Position numbers and translations under genes: made by a program. From positions 1 to 60,179 of IMG/VR virus record IMGVR_UViG_3300031857_000191: a stretch of DNA of 60,179 nucleotides, one strand, 5' to 3'. This document shows positions 8,425 to 15,622 of this stretch, piece by piece. The DNA is from a virus (lineage: Duplodnaviria; Caudoviricetes). The notes under the pieces are model-generated. The model did no database searches. It was not told the origin of the DNA and was given only the letters and a program-made list of their open reading frames with translations. Each line of letters starts with the position of its first letter. Position 1 is the stretch's first letter.

Positions 8425-8539
8425 TGTGAAGAGCTTTACAATTAAGTTGGTACTCTTCGTGATAGGGATGCTATCTTCGCCCTAAACCATCATTCGTGAG
8501 GTCTGTGTCCTCCAACGATACTCATCAGTTCTCTTCACA
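8425..8539 (-). ncRNA. Unidentified structured RNA unit C2 (115 nt)
   Basis: 9-bp closing stem TGTGAAGAG/CTCTTCACA; internal GAGG/CCTC and TAGGG/CCCTA hairpins. Confidence 0.55.
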
Positions 8540-8557
8540 GCAATAGATGAGAGGCTG

Positions 8558-8700
8558 TAGTCAGGACAGGATTTGAACCTGTAATACTTGCACATGCTAT
8601 GCCCAAGGCTTCTAATCGTGATAGCGACTCATTAAACTACAAGCATGTATATGTCTAATATCTACTAAAACTAAGCGTCTACCAATTCCGCCACCTGACT
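8558..8700 (-). ncRNA. tRNA-like RNA B (same scaffold as A with a longer, different insert)
   Basis: Acceptor and T arms identical to A; D-arm TGGCGGAATTGGTAGACGC; insert of about 90 nt with a TACATGCT/AGCATGTG stem. Confidence 0.75.
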
Positions 8701-8704
8701 ATAT

Positions 8705-8801
8705 GGATGAGGTTTAGTTGGCCGACTAAACAATGTTACTATTAGCTGCACCACGAGTTACACGTGGCTGACGGGTGCTCCGCTTTCATATACTCTCATC
8801 C
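8705..8801 (-). ncRNA. Unidentified structured RNA unit C3 (97 nt)
   Basis: 7-bp closing stem GGATGAG/CTCATCC; internal GCAC..CACG/CGTG-GTGC and GTTTAGT/ACTAAAC hairpins. Confidence 0.55.
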
Positions 8802-8804
8802 TTG

Positions 8805-8877
8805 ATCCAGAAACAAGAATCGAACTTGCGACCTACTGATTACAAATCAGTTGCTCTACCTGCTGAGCTATTCTGGA
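8805..8877 (-). tRNA. tRNA-Thr(TGT)
   Basis: ACTGA-TT-TGT-AA-TCAGT anticodon arm; TCCAGAA/TTCTGGA acceptor stem. Confidence 0.92.
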
Positions 8878-8880
8878 ATA

Positions 8881-8971
8881 TAGTAAAGAATCTGACTCGT
8901 GAAACACCAGATAGTACTTAATTTTGTTTTCTCACATTTTAAGTGGTCACCTATGGATGTAGTCTTTACTA
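8881..8971 (-). ncRNA. Unidentified structured RNA unit C4 (91 nt)
   Basis: 9-bp closing stem TAGTAAAGA/TCTTTACTA; ends 3 nt before tRNA-Thr. Confidence 0.5.
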
Positions 8972-8979
8972 ATTTATTT

Positions 8980-9079
8980 TAGGAAAGTAGAAGATGGGTG
9001 CGTGGACATCTACTTTTACGATTGGCGTTACTTTGGTTTATACCTCCTCACCTTTTTTAAGGGATTCCCAATCAACCTA
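8980..9079 (-). ncRNA. Unidentified structured RNA unit C5 (100 nt)
   Basis: TAGG/CCTA closing pairs, GATTGG/CCAATC stem, AAAGTAG..GATG/CATC..CTACTTT hairpin; starts 4 nt after tRNA-Glu. Confidence 0.55.
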
Positions 9080-9083
9080 TTTG

Positions 9084-9155
9084 TACTCTCAACGAGAATC
9101 GAACTCGTATTACCAGGATGAAAACCTGAGGTCCTAACCGTTAGACGATGAGAGC
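9084..9155 (-). tRNA. tRNA-Glu(TTC)
   Basis: TCGTCTAACGGTTAGGAC D-arm; TCAGG-TT-TTC-AT-CCTGG anticodon arm. Confidence 0.92.
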
Positions 9156-9174
9156 AACCTTAGTATGATTAAAT

Positions 9175-10842
9175 TTAGAATCCTAATCCTGGATTGCCAA
9201 ATTCATCTTCTTTCTTATCTTTAGTTGGTTCCTCATAAATAACTGTTTCAGTTGTTAATATAGTACCAGCTACAGCAGCTGCATTTTCAATTGCTAAACG
9301 AGTTACTTTAGTTGGATCTAAAATACCAGCATCAAGCATATTAACAAATGTTTCTGTTTTTAAATCAAATCCTTTCCATGTATTATCATATATCTCAGTA
9401 TTTGGATCTAATGATATTCTATCTAATTCATACATATAATACTCTGGATTTTGATAACCGGCGTTAATTAATATCTGAGTAAATGGAGATGATAGAGCAT
9501 TGAAAACAATTTTTTTACCTGTTTTAAAATCATTGCTTTCATCTTTACTAAATGTAATAGCATTTCTAGCATACAATAAAGCAGCGCCTCCACCTGGTAA
9601 TATACCTTCTTCATTAGCAGCACGAGTAGCGAATAAAGCATCTTCAACTCTATCCTTATACTCTTTCATATCAATTTCATTCACACCGCCAACATTAATA
9701 ATAGCTACACCACCAATTAATTTACCTAATCTTTCTTGTAATTTTTCTTTTTCAAAGAATGATTGTGCTTTATCAATTTGATCTTTAATCTCATTAGCTC
9801 TTATATCAATATCAGCCTCAGATCCTTTACCATCAATAACTGTTGTTTTATCTTTAGTTATTGTCACTGTTCTAGCTTGACCCAAGTAAGATGATAATTG
9901 AGATGGTTGTATTTTATCTAATTTTAATCCTTTTTCTTTAGATATCACTTGACCACCTGTCACAATAGCTAAATCTTCTAAAATTAGAGTTTTACGCTCA
10001 CCAAAGTCAGGAGCTTTAACAGCTACTACTTTAACAATACCTCTCATTTTATTAACAATAAGTGTCGCTAATGCTTCACCATCAATATCTTCAGCTACAA
10101 TCAATAATGATTTATTCTCACTATTTACTTTTTGTAACACATTTAATAATTCAGCGGCAGCAGTGATACGACCATCATAAATTAATACAAATGGATCTTC
10201 AAGTACAGCTTGCATTGTATTATTGTTAGTCACAAAGTAAGGTGATTTATAACCTCTATCAAACTGAATACCTTCAACTACTTCAAGTGTTGTTTCACCT
10301 GTTTTACTTTCTTCAATAGCAACAACTCCATCACGACCTACTTTTTCAATAGCAGTGGCAATTAAATTACCTGTTGACTCATCATTATTAGCTGAGATAG
10401 TAGCTACTTGTTTTAGTTGTTCTTCAGATGAAATATCTTTACTATTTTCTTTTAATGCTGTTACTACTTGTTTAACAGCAGCATCAATACCTTTTTTAAT
10501 TTCAACCGCGTTAGCACCTTCACCTACTTTATTTAAACCTTCTTTAATTAAAGCATAAGCTAACAATGTAGTAGTGGTTGTACCATCACCTGCTGTATTA
10601 GCAGCTTTAATAGCTGATTGTTTAATTACTTCAGCACCAATATTTTCAATTGGATCTTTTAAAGTGATTGATTTTGCTACTGTTACTCCGTCTTTAGTAG
10701 ACACAGGTAACTCATTTTGTTTTTCGATAATAACATTACGACCAAATGGACCTAATGTTGACACAACTGCTTTAGATAACTTTTTAGCACCTTCAGCTAA
10801 TTTCTGTCTCGCGTCGTTATTATATTCAATTATTTTACTCAT
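9175..10842 (-). CDS. groEL: Chaperonin GroEL
   Basis: TLGPFGRNV, TKDGVTVAK, AGDGTTT, FDRGYKSPYF, KAPDFGE, EKLQERL, PGGG motifs. Confidence 0.97.
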   Translation of the reverse strand: MSKIIEYNNDARQKLAEGAKKLSKAVVSTLGPFGRNVIIEKQNELPVSTKDGVTVAKSITLKDPIENIGAEVIKQSAIKAANTAGDGTTTTTLLAYALIKEGLNKVGEGANAVEIKKGIDAAVKQVVTALKENSKDISSEEQLKQVATISANNDESTGNLIATAIEKVGRDGVVAIEESKTGETTLEVVEGIQFDRGYKSPYFVTNNNTMQAVLEDPFVLIYDGRITAAAELLNVLQKVNSENKSLLIVAEDIDGEALATLIVNKMRGIVKVVAVKAPDFGERKTLILEDLAIVTGGQVISKEKGLKLDKIQPSQLSSYLGQARTVTITKDKTTVIDGKGSEADIDIRANEIKDQIDKAQSFFEKEKLQERLGKLIGGVAIINVGGVNEIDMKEYKDRVEDALFATRAANEEGILPGGGAALLYARNAITFSKDESNDFKTGKKIVFNALSSPFTQILINAGYQNPEYYMYELDRISLDPNTEIYDNTWKGFDLKTETFVNMLDAGILDPTKVTRLAIENAAAVAGTILTTETVIYEEPTKDKKEDEFGNPGLGF

Positions 10843-11125
10843 AAATTGCTAATATTTCTGATTCTTTAGTTATGTAATAATCTTCACCATCAACACTAAT
10901 TTTAGAAGAACCCAGTTTAGGTACTAATACTTTTTGTCCAGGTGTTAATTTTGTTCTATAATACTCTCCTGTATGCCAATTGTAAGTATCACTTACATTA
11001 ACTACTTCCCCTATTTCAGGACGTTCTTTACCCATGTCTGGAATGACAATATTTCCATATGTTTGTTCTTGTTCCTCAATAGGTTTAAGGATAACATGAC
11101 CATTTAATGGTGTTAATTTACTCAT
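10835..11125 (-). CDS. groES: Co-chaperonin GroES
   Basis: LTPLNGHVIL...GNIVIPD...EILAI pattern; directly upstream of groEL. Confidence 0.93.
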   Translation of the reverse strand: MSKLTPLNGHVILKPIEEQEQTYGNIVIPDMGKERPEIGEVVNVSDTYNWHTGEYYRTKLTPGQKVLVPKLGSSKISVDGEDYYITKESEILAIYE

Positions 11126-11148
11126 ATTCTTTATTTTATTTTAATATA

Positions 11149-11355
11149 CTAATTTTTTATCTCATAGCCAAGCAATTCAGCTTCTTCTATTTCTTCTAAG
11201 AAAAACAAGTAACCATCTTTTCTTAACACTTTATTTGATCCTACCCATGCCATTATTAGATCTAGGTTAGGTCCAGTGTATTTAACATCATCTAAAACTT
11301 TACGTTTTAGAATGTATAGTTTGTCTTGAAACGAAATTAATTGTGAATTTATCAT
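11149..11355 (-). CDS. Hypothetical protein
   Basis: 68-aa ORF co-oriented in the operon. Confidence 0.55.
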   Translation of the reverse strand: MINSQLISFQDKLYILKRKVLDDVKYTGPNLDLIMAWVGSNKVLRKDGYLFFLEEIEEAELLGYEIKN

Positions 11356-11358
11356 AAC

Positions 11359-11894
11359 TGAGATTAGGTAGGTCTCTTTTTAAATTATCCTTTTAGGATT
11401 TTTTTGTTGTTTACTTTAATCTCGATTTTCCTAGGTGCTTTTTCAGCTGCATAAGGAATATCAAGTACTAGTAAACCTTTATCTAAAGTTGCTTGTAATT
11501 TAGATAATTCAAATTTTGATGCTACCTTCCATGCTAAATCAAATGAACGTTTAGCAATACCTTTTTGTAGGTAAGATTTGATTTCTTCTGTTTCTGGTTT
11601 GTTATAAGAGATACGTAATGTTTCTCCATCTACTTGAATGTCTAGATCAGATTCAGATAAACCTACTACTGCTAGTTCAAAGCGTAACCCATCTTCTGTT
11701 TCTAAAATATCAACTGGATAGTTGATTTTGTTTTCAAATGTGTTAAATGTGCTGTTTGCGTCGAAAAAATTTTTCCAGACGATGTCAAATGGGTCAATAC
11801 CCCAATGTGCGATTCTTGTCATTTTGTTTTGTTTTGTGCTTCCCTAAGGTAAGCGGTTAATTAATTCATAACTTGAGACCTACCTATAATCTCA
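11359..11894. repeat. Inverted repeat pair (11359..11376 and 11875..11894) bracketing hsp20
   Basis: TGAGATTAGGTAGGTCTC versus GAGACCTACCTATAATCTCA: reverse complements apart from a 2-nt bulge. Confidence 0.85.
11385..11822 (-). CDS. Small heat-shock protein (Hsp20/IbpA-like)
   Basis: NYPVDI, ELAVVG, YLQKGIAKRSF, ATLDKGLL, PRKIEI alpha-crystallin motifs. Confidence 0.93.
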   Translation of the reverse strand: MTRIAHWGIDPFDIVWKNFFDANSTFNTFENKINYPVDILETEDGLRFELAVVGLSESDLDIQVDGETLRISYNKPETEEIKSYLQKGIAKRSFDLAWKVASKFELSKLQATLDKGLLVLDIPYAAEKAPRKIEIKVNNKKILKG

Positions 11895-11913
11895 TTTTGT
11901 GTTTATAAATATA

Positions 11914-12648
11914 TTATTGATCAGAAAGACGAACAAGATAATAAATTGAATCTATTCCATCTTCAGTAAATGATATTTTCATTAATCCTTCTTGACTAAT
12001 TTGAATTTTACCATTAGTAGCATCTTCATTTGCTTTTAACACTTCCATCATCACATCAGCTGGGAATGGTATTTCTGTTAGGCCAAACATTGATTCACAT
12101 GGTGTTTTGAATTTAATTTTATTAGCGTAACCATTTCCTTCACCTATTACTATAACTAAATCCTTCATTTTCTCATCAGTCAACTCATCTTTAACAGTGA
12201 ATTGTTTAACATCACCTAATGCTTTTTTAGCATTAGTGAACTTTGAAATAAAATCAGAGTCAATATTAGCCTCAGCATCATAACTAGATGGTTCATTAAT
12301 ATTAGGTACTGTCTCAATCAGATTTAAATCAGACAAATAATAATTTAGATCATACTGGTTATCTGCTAATGTTATTTCAAGTGGTGTACCACGTTCGCTT
12401 TTATTTAACTTTAAAACCACAGTATCATTCATTATCTTAACTAGCTTATAAAATTGACTAGTATTATATATCCCTATTTCACTGTCTTCTAAATCAAAGT
12501 TAGGGCTGATTACTTTACCAACTAAATTTTTCATTGGTGTGATAAAATCAACTGTTATGGTTTTATCTTTAATTACCCATTTAACTGATTCAACTGTACT
12601 ATTCAAATAGTACTTATCAAGGACTGATGTTAATGTTTGTTTATTCAT
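11914..12648 (-). CDS. Sliding clamp (T4 gp45/PCNA-like)
   Basis: EIGIYNTSQF motif, C-terminal GLMKISF...YYLV, size and position downstream of PolB. Confidence 0.75.
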   Translation of the reverse strand: MNKQTLTSVLDKYYLNSTVESVKWVIKDKTITVDFITPMKNLVGKVISPNFDLEDSEIGIYNTSQFYKLVKIMNDTVVLKLNKSERGTPLEITLADNQYDLNYYLSDLNLIETVPNINEPSSYDAEANIDSDFISKFTNAKKALGDVKQFTVKDELTDEKMKDLVIVIGEGNGYANKIKFKTPCESMFGLTEIPFPADVMMEVLKANEDATNGKIQISQEGLMKISFTEDGIDSIYYLVRLSDQ

Positions 12649-12649
12649 A

Positions 12650-12988
12650 TTATTTCCAAAGTATTTGAATTAAAATTATACAAACTCCTAGGCTCAAACA
12701 AGTAAGTGTTTTAGGAGTTAAAGGCTCTCTAAACATATAATGAGACATGATAGTGAATACTATTACTCCTATCCCAAATCCAATTAATCTACTAGGCCAT
12801 ATTTGACCATCATATGCTGTTACAAAATTTTTAACAGAATACATAAACAATAATGAAATAGGAATACCCATACATGCTACTAGAAATGTATTATTTTTAA
12901 ACCACTCAATTTTCATTTGTCCTTGCAGTTGGAAGAATGTTAATACTTGAGCTAATAGACCATAAATGAAACCTTTTAATAAATTCAT
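12650..12988 (-). CDS. Small four-TM membrane protein (DMT/SMR-like topology)
   Basis: Four hydrophobic helices; FREPLT loop before the last helix. Confidence 0.55.
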   Translation of the reverse strand: MNLLKGFIYGLLAQVLTFFQLQGQMKIEWFKNNTFLVACMGIPISLLFMYSVKNFVTAYDGQIWPSRLIGFGIGVIVFTIMSHYMFREPLTPKTLTCLSLGVCIILIQILWK

Positions 12989-12997
12989 TATTTAATT

Positions 12998-15586
12998 TTA
13001 AAATGAGAAAAATTTATTTACATAAGCATTTAATGATGGGAAAGACCATTTTAAATCTTCATAAATACCTTGTAATTTATTTAATAGTGTTGAGTTGAAC
13101 CCAGCTTCCTTATCAATAAATTTAGTGATAAACTCATTTATAAATTCTGGATCGTTACCTGTGAATCCTAATACTTCAATTTTATATGGGTTGTCTTTTA
13201 ATTGAACATAATACATTTTATCACCTTCAGTAAAACATGGATATTGTTTATCTAATTTCTTAAAGCGTAATAAGTCATTATACCAAATAGCTGCTTTAGT
13301 ATTAATAGGACATTTTAATTCTAATTTAGAAAATATTTGTCCTGATTGTGGTTTAGAGGCAATGTACTTATTAATATTCTTAACTCCAGTTGGTTTAGCA
13401 ATACTTTTAATAGGTACACTATCTAATGATTTTTTAAACTCAATAATTTTTTTATCAATATCTATTTTTGTTTTACCATACATGATATCTAATAAAATTG
13501 ACTCTCCAAATTTACGGTACATTGGATTCATGTTTGACTTCATTACATCCATACCTTTGATATCTAACTCCTCAGTTGGTACACCTTCTTTATTAACAAT
13601 AAATTGAGCGTATCTTCTCTTACCAGCGAAATAACCTCTTTCAAGTACAACCTCTTGCTTTAATTCAAAATACTCATTATTAACATTAAATAAATCTTTA
13701 CATAGATTTTGTAAGAATGGAGCTGTTTTATCTTGATATTCCTTAGTTATTTGAAGCGCGATGGGTACAACTTCTTCTCTATTATTAATATTAACATCAG
13801 GTTTACGTTTGATAATTAAATCTTTTAATTCAAAGAATAAACTATCTGTATCAGCAGTGATTACATAATCTTTCTCAACACCTAATTCTTTAGTGACTTC
13901 ACTATTTACAAAGTTAATACTTTCTTGATCTAGTCGTTGTCCTGTAAGTGTAATGGCTTTACTGATAAATAAATTCCCATCACTATACCTCCAACCATTT
14001 TGCGCAAATACACCATATACGTCATTTAATTTAATTTTAAAGGTATGTTGTAATCTGTTATAATACTCACCCATTGCTTTATCACCTGACTTATATGCTT
14101 TCTTCATTAAGTCTTTATATTGTTTTCTTTTATCAAACCAGTCATTTAATATTTCCACTACAATACTTGACTTGTCTCTTCTAAATAGAGTACCATTAGC
14201 GGATATGATGAGTTTATTTTTTTCAACTAACTCAATCATGTCTTTTACTTTGATATAAGTTAATTTTACTCTTCTATCTGGAGTTACTTTTTCAATAGGT
14301 ATTTCTTCATCTTCATCCATTCTCTTTAAATCACCTAAACCCCATTGATTATCATATTTGTCTCTATTTTGTATTCTACCTATTAATGTTTCTATACCCA
14401 TATTCAAATTACGAATAATAGATGGATATAGTGAAGTAAAGTCTAAGTCAGACACCCACTCATATAATCCTGGTACTGGATCTTTTAAATAACCACCAGC
14501 ATATTCTTCATTACCTTCTTTTAATGCTGGATTGTATGTAGTTGGCTTATTAGGTGAAACTATATCTTTTCGTTTTAGATAAGTTAATATAGCACCTTCA
14601 TTTAAGGATGTTGAGTAATAAATGTTCTCATATGGTGTATGACATAAGTGACAAATATTAACTGTTAAATTAATAAATTGTAATTTGTCATCTAATTTAA
14701 TTAATATCTCAACGTCACGTAAGTTATACTCTATAAATGTTTTAACATCTTCTCTGAATAATTTATCAAGTGAACCTTCATATTCTACTTTACCTAAATT
14801 AACATATTTTTCTCCTATGTCACCTAATTTATAAGATGACTCTTGTTTCATAATATACTTCTTATGTAACAACATATAGTCAAGATGATTAACACCTGCT
14901 ATATTAACTACAGATTCATTTGATTGACTTTTCTTATTAAAGAAATCTCTAACAGAAACAATACCTAATGGAGATAATTGTTTAGCTTGTTGTTCACCTA
15001 ATACTTTACAAATGCGGTGATACAAATATGGAATATCAAAAAACTCACTATTCCAACCACTAACAATAGTTGGATCAGTTTCAAGCCATATTGAAATAAA
15101 TTTGGATAATAAGTCAAATTCAGTATCACACGGAATAATTTCCTTATTTTCCTCTTCAGTATATTTTAGTTGTTTTTTCTCATCTAGAACTAGACAGTAA
15201 TATTTTTTCAGAGTAACATCATATAAAGCTATAGATGTTATTTTCATTGGAGCTGACTTGATATAATCAGTTGTTAATGCTCCTCCAATTTCACACTCAA
15301 TATCTAGAAATACTGTGTTATGGTATTGTGGAGCATCATCTAAGTCCTTATAAGCATCTACTAACACCCTAGTTTCCATAGGTATGTCTATTTCATAGTA
15401 TGTTAGTGGATCATTTTTATCACAAGTATTAGTTGGTGATACACGTTTACCATCTAACGTTTCATATTTGCCATTAGGATCTAGTTTATAATAAGTAGGA
15501 TAGTATTCAAAGTCTAACCAACCCTGTTTATCATCTCTTAAATGACACTTCTTAGTTCTAAAATCGTAGTATATTGCTTGATACAT
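12998..15586 (-). CDS. Family B DNA polymerase (T4 gp43-like)
   Basis: Exo motifs DIEC, GWNSEFFD, YNLRD; polymerase motifs DFTSLYPS, KIKLNDVYG, ADTDS, KRRY. Confidence 0.96.
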   Translation of the reverse strand: MYQAIYYDFRTKKCHLRDDKQGWLDFEYYPTYYKLDPNGKYETLDGKRVSPTNTCDKNDPLTYYEIDIPMETRVLVDAYKDLDDAPQYHNTVFLDIECEIGGALTTDYIKSAPMKITSIALYDVTLKKYYCLVLDEKKQLKYTEEENKEIIPCDTEFDLLSKFISIWLETDPTIVSGWNSEFFDIPYLYHRICKVLGEQQAKQLSPLGIVSVRDFFNKKSQSNESVVNIAGVNHLDYMLLHKKYIMKQESSYKLGDIGEKYVNLGKVEYEGSLDKLFREDVKTFIEYNLRDVEILIKLDDKLQFINLTVNICHLCHTPYENIYYSTSLNEGAILTYLKRKDIVSPNKPTTYNPALKEGNEEYAGGYLKDPVPGLYEWVSDLDFTSLYPSIIRNLNMGIETLIGRIQNRDKYDNQWGLGDLKRMDEDEEIPIEKVTPDRRVKLTYIKVKDMIELVEKNKLIISANGTLFRRDKSSIVVEILNDWFDKRKQYKDLMKKAYKSGDKAMGEYYNRLQHTFKIKLNDVYGVFAQNGWRYSDGNLFISKAITLTGQRLDQESINFVNSEVTKELGVEKDYVITADTDSLFFELKDLIIKRKPDVNINNREEVVPIALQITKEYQDKTAPFLQNLCKDLFNVNNEYFELKQEVVLERGYFAGKRRYAQFIVNKEGVPTEELDIKGMDVMKSNMNPMYRKFGESILLDIMYGKTKIDIDKKIIEFKKSLDSVPIKSIAKPTGVKNINKYIASKPQSGQIFSKLELKCPINTKAAIWYNDLLRFKKLDKQYPCFTEGDKMYYVQLKDNPYKIEVLGFTGNDPEFINEFITKFIDKEAGFNSTLLNKLQGIYEDLKWSFPSLNAYVNKFFSF

Positions 15587-15590
15587 ATTT

Positions 15591-15622
15591 TAAATATAGC
15601 AAGCATTATTTGGGTTAGCAAA
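15591..15622 (-). promoter_or_regulatory. Bacteroidota-type promoter of polB
   Basis: TTTG-N20-TATATTTA only a few nt upstream of the ATG. Confidence 0.7.

Noticed and set aside
8425-8539. Hammerhead ribozyme suggested by CTGATGAG in unit C2
   Set aside because: No properly placed GAAA or stem III/NUH site found by eye; kept as an unknown RNA.
8323-8700. CRISPR mini-array or integration-site duplication
   Set aside because: The repeated parts are the two halves of a tRNA fold, with only two copies, and no cas or integrase gene is present.
8705-9079. tRNA-associated HDV-like (theta) ribozymes suggested by CCACG and CTAAT words
   Set aside because: I could not build the nested P1/P2/P3 double pseudoknot; simple hairpins explain the pairing better. 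A motif search would settle it.
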